DNA of 64,000 nucleotides from Chiloscyllium plagiosum (GCF_004010195.1 NC_057719.1:81196682-81260681), one strand, 5' to 3'. Positions 28,061 to 40,826 are shown, counted from the stretch's first letter. Numbers and translations are program-made. Notes: generated by a model not told the origin, from the letters alone.

Positions 28061-29072
28061 TTATTTGCCTTCCACTATTCTAGTTTTTTAATCACAGCAA
28101 TTTCTATCAATTAATCTATTAGTGACTCAGAAAAGTCCTGCAAAAACCCATAGTACTCATATACAGTATCCGAAATTCTCGGCAAGTAATTTGCCTATCG
28201 TCGTTGTGAATAGCTCTGTTCTGTGTTTGTGGAATTACCAGTGAGAAATAGGGAAGAGTAGTGGTCAAGCAACCCCACCCTCCCCTGATGTCACAAGCTG
28301 AAGCCACATCTCTTGAGGTCACTTGAGACTGAGTTATTGTGTATTTAATTAATTAAAACTTTTCTTTGAATTGTAGTTTCCCCAGTAAGCAATGTTCCCC
28401 ACCACAAACAGCAATGTTCCATCAGCCCTCAGTCTCTTCTGGTCATGCTCCCCAACCTTCCTAATCCATTTACCCATGGCCTCTACTGTCAAACTTCCAT
28501 CCTCACATGGACAGGTTCCCTAACAGCCTTCTCCAATGTCACTGGGACGGAGTAGCCATGTGAACAGGCACAGGAGGGTTCTGATATCAGAGCCACTGTG
28601 ACTGGAGTTGAGTGTAAAGTACTGGGATACCACTGAGGTAGTCGTGCACAGAACTGACACGTTCAGGTGCAATGTTCAATACAGCCAACAGTGGATGGTG
28701 CTGGAGTTACTTCTCCTGATTTAATAGGATGTGTCCTTAACAACTCTAATTAAAATCAGTATAAGTAAATACACAACCAATCCAAAATGTGCACACTGAT
28801 GTGTCTGGACCATCAGCACGGCAGCTAATTCAGGAGACACACAGCTTTTGTCTTCACTGCCATAGAAACTGCTATTTATCTTGATGCCTATTTTGTAACC
28901 ACAGAAACATTACAGCACAGAAAGAGGCCACTCAACTATCCACTGAAAACCGAAGGAGACTCTGAACTTATGGAAGTCACTTCAAGACGAAGCCATTTGC
29001 TATCTACTTTTTTTAAAAAAAAACAAGAATGTAGTGTCCAGACCGAGTTTCGTTAGACAACCATCAAACCTG

Positions 29073-29569
29073 TGTGAGAAATGGGGAGGGGTGTTGTTTT
29101 CGCAGATGTAGCAAAAAGGGTAGTGACAATAAGCTTAAGCATAGTGCTGACAAACAAGTATAGAGGGCAGCTGCAGGCAAAGATCAGATTAGCAAACTTC
29201 TGGGAAAAACAAGTTTGTGCAGGCAGTAAAGCAGAACAACAGAAAACACTAGCACAGCAAGTGTTAATCTCGTTACAAAACGGTTGCAGCTAACGGTCCA
29301 AGGAAATAGAAGTAGAATCTAATCAAGATAAGGAGAAGTCACGTTGGGGCAGTCAGGTCACAAGTTAGGCAGAGAACTAGGGTGATTGAGTAATGTAGGA
29401 ATCGGGAGAGGTGACCTCACGCAGCTCAAAGGTATAATTGTATACTTGTCTCAATGCTCATTGCTCATTTGCTTTGGCATTTGACACCCTTTCTTGCAAG
29501 ATCGTAAAATAAATTGTCTTGTTCCAGTTTTGGTTGTCTTGGCTAATTTTGTTAAGTTTGTTTCTAACA
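29073..29569 (+). repeat. ERV 5' LTR (497 bp)
   Basis: TGTGAGAAA...TTTCTAACA; TATAA at 29433; AATAAA at 29508; near-identical to 36766-37255. Confidence 0.97.
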
Positions 29570-29573
29570 GATT

Positions 29574-29591
29574 TGGGGGCTCGTCCGGGAT
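29574..29591 (+). promoter_or_regulatory. Primer binding site, tRNA-Pro
   Basis: TGGGGGCTCGTCCGGGAT, the canonical 18-nt tRNA-Pro PBS (as in MLV), 4 nt after the LTR CA. Confidence 0.95.
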
Positions 29592-30162
29592 CCCAAGCTC
29601 CGGTCACTCAGCATTCTTGGAGAAACTGAGAAGGTGCACCTCGCTGATTTCGGCGATCTCTAGTTTCCCCTTATTGCCGCCGTGGCTTTGGGCAAGCGTG
29701 ATCTGGCTGGAAAGACCCTGGAAACAAGACGGGAAGACGCGGCGGGTTCGGTCAGCTAACTCTTGTGCACAAGACCCGGGTAAGGAAAGGTCTCTCGAGA
29801 TATATCCAGGCGACCGGGGATTTGCAAAAGTAGCTGTTGCGGGAATTGCCACACGGATAACGGCCGAATTGACACGACCAGGTAACTCTGTGCACAGACC
29901 AAGGTAAGAAAAGGACCTTTAAGTATTGCCTTGGTGGTTGGGGACATACGAGAAGTATGGGGAATTGGCGATGTCTAAAAATAATATATAATTGGCCAGA
30001 TCGATCGGACGGGAAAGGGTGTCAACCTGATTCTAGCAGCCAGCCCTAGACCGGTTGTTCAGAAGGGAAATTCCCCCAAGCGAAGGTCAGGAACCTGAAG
30101 TGGATATGGAAGAAGGTGACACCAGACCTCGAAAAGGTCAATTAAATTTTAAAAAAGGAGGC

Positions 30163-31696
30163 AAGGGAAGTTGTCTCTATAAAGATCGATCTACAGATAA
30201 TGTTAAACTTGAAGAAATTCCGTCTGACAGTCTTTTGGGGAAAATGTTGGGAAATTGGGAACACAACTCCCGGACGCGGGGGAAAGATAAAGTTATAATG
30301 ATAAGGTATTGTTGTTTTGTCAGGACACAAGAAAGTATTAAGAAATCTGATATCTTTTGGCCCAAATATGGGTCCGATGAAGATTGGCTGTGCCAACACT
30401 TAAATATATATGTTAATAGCAAAGAGAAACAAAGCCGACAAGAGGCTGATTATGCAGCCTGTTGGATAGGGAGCCAAAACATGTTAGTCTTAAAAAAGAA
30501 AGAAAGGGAGGAAAAGAATGAAAAATCCAAAACTCCCCGTTGGGACTCTTTGTCAGATTTACCTCCCCCTTATTACAATAGAAATGACGGTCCGCCATCC
30601 CCCGGCGACAGTCGACCGTCGGCCCAGTCCTCTGCACCCCCAGCAGAGGAACCCCCGGAAGAATCTGAAAAAGCCCAGAAGAGGACTCCACTGTGAGTCA
30701 GGTTAAGATTAGATCAGCAGTAAGGAGAGAAGAAAGGGAACAAGGCGGGGCAACACAAGCATATCCTCTCAGAGAGATCCCCATTGGAAACGGCGAAATT
30801 AGATATGTTAATGCGCCGCTGACCAATGGGGACGTCAGAGCCTTTAAAAAGGAAATGAAAAATCTAATTGAGGATTCCATGGGATTGGGGGAGCAGTTAG
30901 ACCAGTTTTTGGGGCCAAATTGGTATACCTGGGGGGAAATAATGGCAATATTGGGGACGTTATTCTCAGGAGAAGAAAGGGGTATGATCAGAAGGGCCGC
31001 TCTGAGGGAATGGGAAAAGAGATACCCTCTGGTTGAAGAAGTAACTCCGGCTGAACAAAAATTCCCTTATACAGATCCCCGATGGGAGGGCATGAATGAA
31101 CATGATAGGGGAAGCATGAGAGACTTTCGGGAAATGGTGATCTTGGGAATTAAGGAAGCAGCGCCAAGATCACAAAACTTTGTTAAGGCTTTTGAAGTAA
31201 GACAGGAGAAAGACGAGATCCCTTCAGCGTTTCTTCAAAGGCTCAAAGAAGCCACAAGGAAATATTCAGGAATGAATCCTGATGACCCGGTGGCACAAGG
31301 ACTTTTGAAGGTCCAGTTTGTGACAAAGTCATGGCCGGACATACAAAAGAAATTGCAGAAAATAGAAGGATGGAGTGAAAAACAGATGGAAGAGTTATTA
31401 CATGAGGCACAGAAAGTGTATGTGAAGAGAGAGGACGAGAAGCAGAAGCAGAAGCAGAAAGCTAAAATGATGGTGGCGGCAGTAGATAAAATAACAAAGG
31501 AGATTAGGATCAGGAGATAATAGAAAGGATAAGAGTAGAGAAGGACACGAAAGACAAAGGTCGGACTTCTGGGGAAGGAGGCAACAGGCAGGATGTTACC
31601 ATTGTGGAAAAGTGGGGCATTTTAAACGTGGGGCATTTCCCTGGACTAACGCCGGAAAGGGAAACTGTTTCCCTAATGACATTTGATGAGGAATAG
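30163..31696 (+). pseudogene. gag: ERV gag (frameshifted, with stops)
   Basis: MA-like IPSDSLLGKML...WPKYGSDEDW; PPPY late domain 30562-30573; capsid with MHR QEKDEIPSAFLQRL; degenerate zinc knuckle CYHCGKVGH at 31594; TAG at 31694-31696. Start codon inferred. Confidence 0.92.
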
Positions 31697-34600
31697 GGGA
31701 GTCAGGGGTTCCTTCCTCCTGAAACCCACCGGGAACCCTTGATAAATCTAAAGTGGGACCTGAAGGGGAGGAGGCAGTGTTTTTGGTGGATACTGGAACG
31801 GCACGGTCATCCCTAAGTTTTAGACCTACCGGTGTTAAATTAACCAATAAGAATCTCAGGGTTTCTGGAGTAAAAGGCGAAGAATTCCTAGTGCCTATTT
31901 TTGAGCCAACTCTAATTAGAGTAAATAATGAGAAAGTGACAGGACAATTATTGTATATTCCCGACATTGGAAGTAATCTATTAGGTAGGGATTTGATTAT
32001 CTTGTTAGGCTTAAAAATTGGGGTGGAAAATAGTGCAGTGACCGTAAAGATGGCCATGTTAACACCTAGCGACGAAAAACAAATCAGCCCTGATGTATGG
32101 GCAAGACCGGGTAAGACTGGGCATCTAACTATTACTCCGATGGTAATTACGTTGATTCAGGAGAATAAGACAGTTCGGGTTAGACAATACCCCATATCAC
32201 TGGAAAGTCGTAAAGGTCTGCAACCAGTTATAGATTCTTTGTTAAAAACCGGATTGTTAGAACCCTGTATGTCACCCTTTAATATCCCAATACTGCATGT
32301 CCGCAAACCAGACAGAACCTATTAATTAGTGCAGGATCTCAGAGCACTGAACAGATTGGTTCGAACACGACACCCGGTAGTCCCCAATCCGTACACTTTG
32401 CTAGGCAAGATACCATCTGACCACCGCTGGTTGAGTGGAATAGATTTAAAGGATGCATTCTGGGCCGCTCTCTGGCTCCAGAAAGCCGTGACATGTTTGC
32501 CTTAGAGTGGGAAAACCCATACACTGATAGAAAGCAACAATTCTGATGGATGATACTTCCCCAGGGATTCACAGAATCACCTAATCTATTCGGGGCAAGT
32601 ACTGGAACAGGTCCTGGAACAACTTGAGATGCCTAAAGGGACGTCACTATTACAATATGTGGACGACCTACTTGTGTCAGGACGAAAGAGAGATGACGTG
32701 AGCTTGACCACCAATAGGCTGTCAAATTTCTGAGGGCAACAAGGTTTAAGAGTATCTAGGAATAAATTGCAATATGTAGAGAAAGAAGTGAAATATTTAG
32801 GGCACCTTGTTAGTGAGGGTACTAGGCGAATTAACCCCGAGAGAATTAAAGGAATAGTAGAACTACCCCTCCCGACCACCAAACAAGAATTACGGAAGTT
32901 CTTGGGGCTAGTGGGCTATTGTAGATTATGGATAGAAGCATACGCCCAGAAAACGAAGGGGTTATATTATAAATTGACAGAACCCGAACATGAAAGACTA
33001 CACTGGATAGAAGAGGAAAAGGAAGGGTTACATGAGTTAAAGCGTAGTTTAATACAAGCTCCGATGCTGGCCCTTCCTTCCCTCGAGAAACCATTTCACC
33101 TTTTTGTGACAGTAAATGATGGAGCAGCCTTAGGAGTGTTAACGCAGAAGGGAGGGGGAAGGAGGCAGCCCATAGCCTTCCTGTCCAAGATCTTGGATCC
33201 TGTCTCGAGAGGATGGTCTGAATGTATACAGGCAGTGGCAGTCACTGTCATACTGGTAGAGGAGAGCCGTAAACTTACTTTTGGAGTGGCGCGAGTCGTT
33301 AGTACCCCCCATCAAGTCAGAACTGTGCTAAACCAAAAGGCAGGGAGATGGTTGACAGACTCACGAATCTTGAAATACGAAGCCATCCTGATGGAGAGAG
33401 ATGACCTCGTGTTAGCAACAGATACCTGTCTAAACCCAGCTACATTCCTAGGGAAGGGAGAACCTCTGGACAAACGAGAATTAGAACATGACTATTTAGA
33501 TATCATTGAGTATCAGATTAAGGTTAGACCAGATCTAAAAGATATTCCCTTGCATGATGGGGACAGACTGTTTAAAGACGGGTCATCAAGAGTGGTACAA
33601 AGAAAAAGACACAATGGATATGCAGTAGTGGATGGTAACAAGAACCAAACAGTTGAGGCTGACCGGTTGCTTAATACATGGTTGGCCCAAACCTGTGAGT
33701 TGTATACATTAAACCAAGCTTTAAAACAACTAGAAAATCAGGATGGGACAATTTACACCGACTCTAAGTATGCCTATAGGGTGGTCCATACCTTCGGAAA
33801 AATATGGCAAGAACGTGGACTAATCAATAGCCGGGGAAAGGAATTAGTACACGAAGAGGTAATAGGACAAGTATTGAAAAGTTTGGAATTACCACGAGAA
33901 ATAGCAATAGTTCATGTACCGGGGCACCAAAAGGGGAACACTCTAGAAGCAAGAGGAAATAGGCTAGCAGACGAAGCAAAGAGGCAGCTATGAACCTTAC
34001 AGTAACAAAAAATACGGGTTCTCACACCCCTAGTGGAGTCGCCTTCCGTGAACCCCGTGTACACTAAGGAAGAGGAAAAAGAATTCCAGGAGATAGGAGC
34101 CACTAAGACAAGTGAAGGAAGATGGATTCTCCCGGATGGAAGGGAAATGTTGAGTAAACCAGTCATGAGAAACATTCTAAATACCCTGCACCAAGGCAGT
34201 CATTGGGGCTCTCAAGCTATGTGTGACATAGTGTTAAGGAAGTACGGATGTAAAGGGATATACACGTTAGCCAAGCAGGTATGCTCAGGATGCCCGATTT
34301 GCCAAAAGGTGAATAAAAAGGTAACAAGAGGAGGGCAAAAAGGTGGAAGGAATCCCGGGGTAAGACCTTTTCAGAGCATACAGGTCGACTTTACAGAATT
34401 ACCCCTGGTAGGGAAACAAAAGTACTCATTAGTCATAGTAGACCACTTAACCGGGTGGGTGGAAGCTTTCCCAATGTCTTCAGCTACCCCAAAAGGAGTA
34501 GTGAAACACTCCTTGAACATATCATCCCACAATATGGAATAGTGGAAACTATAGATTCAGACCAAGGTACCTATTTTATTTCTAAGATCTTACAAGGGGT

Positions 34601-35224
34601 AATAGCAGGATTAGAAATTTCGTGGGAATTCCATACTCCTTGGCACCCACCCTCCTCTGGACAGGTGGAAAGAATGAATCAAACCTTAAAGAAGCAATTA
34701 TCAAAGTTAGTCCTAGAGACTCGATTACCACGGACTAAATGCTTACTTATTGCAATATTACACATTCGGACGGCCCCCGAGGCGTGATATCGGACTTTCT
34801 CCTTATGAAATGATGTTTGGGCTGCCATTCCTGGGAGGGAAGGGAGAGGTACCCACGGCCGAGTTTAATGACAGGTTTTTGAAAAACTATATTGTGGCAC
34901 TAGGCTCTTCATTAGCTGTTCTTAGGATATAAAGGCCTTTTGGTACAGACACCGCCACTCGAGTTTGCAGTACATCAGATATGACCAGGTGATTGGGTCC
35001 TGATAAAGACCTGGAAGGATACCAAACTACACCCGAGCTGGGAGGGACCATTCTTAACTCTCCTGACTACCGAAACAACCATCCGAACTGCAGAAAATGG
35101 GTGAAGTCATCACACTCGTGTTAAGGGCCCCGTGGACGCTCCTTCCCCTTCGGCAGAGTGGCAAGCTCATCCTACAGACAACCCTCTGAAAGTCAAGCTG
35201 AGCAGGAAGACTGGACTGAAATAA
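31697..35224 (+). pseudogene. pol: ERV pro-pol (protease, RT, RNase H, integrase), disrupted
   Basis: Protease LVDTG (31789); RT LPQGF and YVDD (32656-32667); RNase H DGSS and YTDSKY; integrase HHCC plus QVDF/DSDQG/VERMN; WEGPF; many stops and frameshifts. Confidence 0.95.
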
Positions 35225-35355
35225 GAGACTTTTAATAGTTGCTGCCATTGATTTTAAAATTTGCTGCTACTGATTGTAAGGGTTGCGTGGACTCACTTCT
35301 CCCAGACGACGACAAAAGAGGGAAAGATAGGCAGGAAGGCGGACAGAGGTAAGAG

Positions 35356-36664
35356 ATGAGTGGGTATTGGTATAGTGTTGTAATGATAGACATACTGACG
35401 GTTCAAGGAAACGGGAAAAATCATTTTACTTCCCTATGCCAACATTATGCTGAACAAAAGGGACTTACCGACTGTTGGGTCTGTGCAGAGATCCCTCACC
35501 ATGGTGAATCGGGGATCCCCATCTATGTAATACCACTTTCCATAAGCGAAGTTTATGATGCCCAACAATTTGACTGGGGCTCAAATAATACAAGATGGAG
35601 ATCCGAAAGGGATAACTATAACTTTGAGGGATGGTTCCCTCGACCCGCCCCTAAAACCCTGGGTCCTATTAATGGACTTCGCATTCATCTGCCAACAGGA
35701 ACAGTAAACGCCACTTGTTTCTGTAATCAGAATGATACTGCCCCCTTCCAATTAGGAAAATCATTTTGCATCTACACTAACCGAGCCATGGCCATGAACA
35801 TTCCCCCATTATTAAACGGGACCTATTGGATATGCGGGTCCAAGGCATATCCCTATATGCTGGGCGAAAAGTTAAGTATGGACTGGTGGTTGCACCGGCA
35901 GTAAATGTTGGGACAATCCAGTAAAAACTCAAACATTACCACAGAAACAAAAAAGCTGGAGTGGCTGCTGTTACCCCGCTTATATAGTCCCCCACCTCCG
36001 GATAGGAAAGCATGACACCCTGAAAAAGGAAAAGGGAATAAGCCGTAAAATCCGAGAGGTCTCTGAATGGGACCGTTTCTGGTGGACATTATTCCCAAAT
36101 TACGACACTGCAAGGGCGGGAGAGAAATACAGAAACTGGCGGCAGCCTTTGAAAAATTGGTTAATGATACCGCTGACTCATTTAGAGAAACTGAGTCCCA
36201 AATAGTGGCCATAACCACCAAAATGATGGCCACGAGACTAACAGCTTTACAGAATCGAATGGCTTTAGACTATATCTTGGCCGAAAAAGGGGGAACCTGT
36301 GCTTTAATCAGTAAAGAATGCTGCACTTTCATCCCAGAACCTCTTCCACGGTGGAAGAAAAGGCAGAGATAATAAGGAAAAAGATAAAAGATAAGAGAAA
36401 TTGGGGATGAACTTCGGAAAGATAAAGGAACAGGATGGTGATGGGCTGGGAAAAGTGGTTAGTCAATCTAGCTATGTAAGGATTTTTGATATTAGTGGGT
36501 CTGGTAGTAGGGTTCAATGTCCTCAAGTGGATAATGAGCTGACTGATGACTTCCCCTGGGGAGGGGACTCAATACATCATCAGGTGCTTTTACAATCAAC
36601 AGGTGACGTGCAACAGAGGGAAAGTCAACGAATGCTCCTAGAATTCGAGAGACGAAAGGGGTAA
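35356..36664 (+). pseudogene. env: ERV env, gamma-type, disrupted
   Basis: CWVC (35473-35484); furin-like RKIR (36044-36055); ISD LQNRMALDYILAEKGGTC plus CX6CC (36247-36324); hydrophobic TM near 36480-36530; 3' end approximate. Confidence 0.92.
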
Positions 36665-36743
36665 CGTGATACCGTGTATAAGATTGTGAACCACTGCACG
36701 TTAGGGTGTAAAGAGGGCAGAAATTGCAAAAACAACAAGATGC

Positions 36744-36764
36744 AAAAGAAAAGAAATGGAGGAG
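36744..36764 (+). promoter_or_regulatory. ERV polypurine tract
   Basis: AAAAGAAAAGAAATGGAGGAG immediately 5' of the 3' LTR. Confidence 0.9.
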
Positions 36765-36765
36765 T

Positions 36766-37255
36766 TGTGAGAAATGGGGAGGGGTGTTGATTTTGCAGAT
36801 GTGGCAAAAAGGGTAGTGACAATAAGCTTAAGCATAGTGCTGACAAACAAGTATAGATGGCAGCTGCAGGCAAAGATCAGATTAGCAAACTTCTGGGAAA
36901 AACAAGTTTGTGCAGGCAGAAAAGCAGAACAATAAAAACACTAGCACAGCAAGTGTTAATCTCGTTACAAAACGGTTGCAGCTAACGGTCCAAGGAAATA
37001 GAAGTAGAATCTAATCAAGATAAGGAGAAGTCACGTTGGGGCAGTCAGGTCACAAGTTAGGCAGAGAACTAGGGTGATTGGGTAATGTAGGAATCGGGAG
37101 AGGTGACCTCACGCAGCTCAAAGGTATAACTGTATACTTGTCTCAATGCTCATTTGCTTTGGCATTTGATGCCCTTTCTTGCAAGATCGTAAAATAAATT
37201 GTCTTGTTTCCAGTTTGGGTGGTCTTGGCTAATTTTGTTAAGTTTGTTTCTAACA
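36766..37255 (+). repeat. ERV 3' LTR (490 bp)
   Basis: Direct repeat of the 5' LTR (about 12 substitutions and 3 indels by eye); preceded by the PPT and followed by the CCTG TSD. Confidence 0.97.
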
Positions 37256-37849
37256 CCTGCAAGTCATTCAAGCAACCATGGTTATAAATAGCAATACTAT
37301 AAAGGGAGAAGGACTCTTCTCGAATCTGTCCCAACTCTGAGTTACTTAGGAATTAATCTCCTGGAGATGTGACTTAAATTCTCTGCTTTATAAGATCTTC
37401 ACTTCAACTAAGGCATGTGCTCCTCTAAGAAACGACAGGGCCTTCATAAACAAATCTACTGCTATCTTTATTGCAGTATGAATGCCCAACAGTGATAAAA
37501 TACCTTTGCATTTTACTGCTTACAGGAAGTTGAATTAATATCAATGATGAAATAAAAGGCTAGCAGATTCTCAAATATTGCTGTGCACAGACAGCAGTAT
37601 TTAATTTTTAGCAGACAGATTTTTAAAATTCGCTTCTTTTAAGTGACAACTCTAAAAAGGCATATGTCTTATATCAAGTTACCCTTTGAATATGATGCTG
37701 GTTTTCACTATGTTGCTTTATGCAACCAAGCAACTTGGTAGACCACTTCACAAATCAAGTGTCGATTCTCTAGTATAGCCCGAGAGCCACATCCAAAAGA
37801 AAAGCAGACAATGTTGAGATATCTGTGAAATTGGAGATGTTGGTCGTTC

Positions 37850-39290
37850 TCCCCACTGAGCTCGTACAAGTCATTTAAGAGGATAGCTGATCTGATTGCT
37901 TTGAATTTCTCATTGTAATCAACCCCTGCCTAGTTGAATGTATTTAATACAGTGGTAGACATCTCCACCTCCTCCTCCTCCTGAGGCAGTATTCCAAATT
38001 CATATTGCTCTCTGTCTTGAAAAAGCCAATTCCTAATTTTAAAACTAGGGTCCCCTTGCTCTGGACTGATCCACACAAGGAAACATCGTCTCCAAGTCCA
38101 TCTTCTCAAGAACATTCAGGACCTTGTACACTTTAATCGAGTAATGCCTCACTTTTCTAAACTCCAGTGGAAACAAGCCTAACCTGCCCAAACTATCCTC
38201 ATAAGGAAACACAATTATCCCAAGCATCAATCTAGTAAACCACATGTTTCAATGCATTTACATCCTTCCTTAAATAAGGAGACCAAAACCATACACAACA
38301 TTGGAGATGCAGTCTCACCAAATCCCTGCATAACTGAGGCTTACCTTCCTTACTTTTATGCTGAATTCCTCTCATAAGGATAGCATCCCATTAGAGGAGG
38401 CTAATGAGTGACGTAATAGCTATTTTGATGAGAAGAAAGTGATTATCTGGGATGCAATGCTTGAAAGAGTTGTGAAAACAGATTCAGTGGCAGGAGAGCT
38501 TGACAGATATTTGCAAAGGAAAATACTGCAGGACTATGGATAAAGAGCAGAGGAACAACCTTACATAAAGAACTGGCTCCAGCACAAATGGTTAACTAGC
38601 TGACTCAGAGAGAAATGGTCGCTAGTCATCTGTGTGGGAGTGGATTAGTGAAAGCTAGAGCAGAGTGTCAAAAGCATCAGCACAGCACAAAGAAAAAGAA
38701 AAGTCTGTAGATACTGGAACTCTGAAAGAAACAGAAGGTGGGAGAAACTCAGCAGGTTTGGCAGCATCTTTGGAGAGAGAACGACTTAATATGTCAAGCC
38801 TGGTGTGACTCATCTGCTCATGACTCAATTAAAAAAACTTCTCTGCTCAGACTTAAGTGAGAGACTCTGCTTTTTAAATTGTGCTTTAGAGTTCTGGTCT
38901 TGCCCAAAGGGGAACCATCCTTTCAGCATTCAACCTGTCAAGTGCCTTCATAATCTTCTAGGTCCCAATGATATCACATCATTATTTTAAATGTCAATTG
39001 ATACAGATCCAGTCTATCCAACCATTCCTTAAGATACGCAGGATCCGCCCCACCCAAATCTCCAGTAACAGTGGAGTGAACCTTCTCTGAATGGCCTCCA
39101 ATAAATGTACATCCCTTTCTCAAATATGGAGATCAAAACTATACAGTATTCCAGATGTTTAGAGGGTTTTGAAGCTACATCTGTAGCAAAACATTTCCTA
39201 TTTTTATATTCCATTTCCCTTGCAATGAACATCATACAATTTGCCTTACTAATCATTGCTGTACCTGCATACTTACTGATACATTAACCT
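37850..39290 (-). mobile_element. Old CR1-type 3' remnants
   Basis: Degenerate RLGLFPLEFRK and HLEYC peptides; boundaries approximate. Confidence 0.65.
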
Positions 39291-40826
39291 AGCTTCCTAT
39301 TAAGTACATCAATGCTATTCACATGGACAACTCATTGAAATACCTTGTTCCCTTTAATAAATTCTATAGGAAATTCAGTAGAAAGAACTCCACCCAGAAT
39401 TTAACAAATGAATTTGCATTTACAGTTCTAGTTTTGATCTTATCCATAAGCTGAATCAACTGCTCTCTGTCTGCACATGAAACACTTCCATAGGCTAATG
39501 ACATTCGTCAGATCAATCCCTTCCATCGTCCCTCTCCAGACTGGCATAACCACTCAGTTCTGATATCAATCTAGCAATTTGTTTTTTTATCTTCTCCAAT
39601 ACCTTTAAATCCCTTAAGATAATCTGAGTTTTTATGTCTAACAACTTATTTGCTTACAGATTCTTATGTTCTCCACACTCACTTTAGACACTTACTATTT
39701 AAGGAAGATGTGCTTTCCAGCTCTTCCTACTAAAAGTATACCAGTTCATATTTAGCTTAAAAGAAATTAATATCTTCTTATATGTTATCACAGCCCTCTT
39801 TTTGATTAACTGAAATCAAATAACTTGCATTAGAAATATATTTCATGTCAGTCGATCATTTATATGCCTCAACGAGCTTTCACACTGAATTCCAGACCCC
39901 TACCACCCACTCGGTGGGAAAAAAAGATCTCCCAACAATAATCTGCTCAATGCTTAGCTTCAGCTCCATCAGACCCATTCAACTCCTGAGCTTATTACAA
40001 CCTTGGTGCAAACTTTGACAAAAGAGATGAACTCAGAAGGGGAAGTGAGGGTGACTGCCCTTGACATCAAAGCAGCATTTGATAATGTGTGGCACCAAGG
40101 AGACCCAGCAAAGCCAAATGCAGCAGAACTCAAATAACATTCAGCTTCAGGTTGATGTAGCAAGTAACATTTGCACTACACAAGTGTCAGGCAATGGTCA
40201 ATCACAAAATGACAACATCCAATCATCACCCCGATACTTAATTGCATAGTCATTGCTGAATCTCCCACTAACATAATCTTGAAGATTACCAATTTGAGGA
40301 ACAACTTTCAAAGTACTTAGAGTCATAGGGATGCACAGCATGAAAACATACCCTTCGGTCCAACCTGTCCATGCCGACCAGATATCCCAACCCAATCTAG
40401 TCCCATCTGCCAGCACCTGGCCCATATCCATCCAAACCCTTCCTATTCATATATCCATCCAAATACCTCTTAAATGTTGTAATTTGTACCAGCCCTCCAC
40501 TACTACTTCTGACAGCTCATTCCATACATGTACCACCCTCTGTGTGAAAAAGGTGCCCGTAGGTCTCGTTTATATCTTTCCCCTCTCACCCTAAACTTAT
40601 GCCCTCTAGTTCTGGACTCCCCCACCCCAGGGGAAAGACTTTGCCGATTTAGCCTATCCATGCCTCTCATAATTTTGTAAACCTCTATAAGGTCACCCCT
40701 CAGCCTCCGACGATCCAGGGAAAACAGCCCCAGCCTGTTCAGCCTCTCTCTGTAGCTCAAATCCTCCAACCCTGGCAACATCCTTGTAAATCTTTTCTGA
40801 ACCCTTTCAAGTTTCACAACATCTTT

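Larger units (their letters stand above)
29073..37255 (+). mobile_element. Full-length class I (gamma-like) endogenous retrovirus, coding-decayed, antisense in PACS2 intron 2
   Basis: Two TG...CA LTRs; 4-bp TSD CCTG (29069-29072 and 37256-37259); PBS, gag, pro-pol, env and PPT in canonical order. Confidence 0.97.

Noticed and set aside
29725..29742. Two GACG motifs as MLV-type packaging tetraloops
   Set aside because: No convincing flanking stems
29494..29947. Leader ORFs as accessory genes
   Set aside because: They have non-ATG starts or are antisense, one overlaps the LTR and PBS, and none has recognisable motifs
35356..36664. Co-opted syncytin-like env
   Set aside because: Multiple frameshifts and stops, decayed like the rest of the provirus
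30163..36664. Provirus already defective when it integrated
   Set aside because: LTR indel density (3 per about 1 kb) is roughly enough to explain the coding disruptions as post-insertion decay
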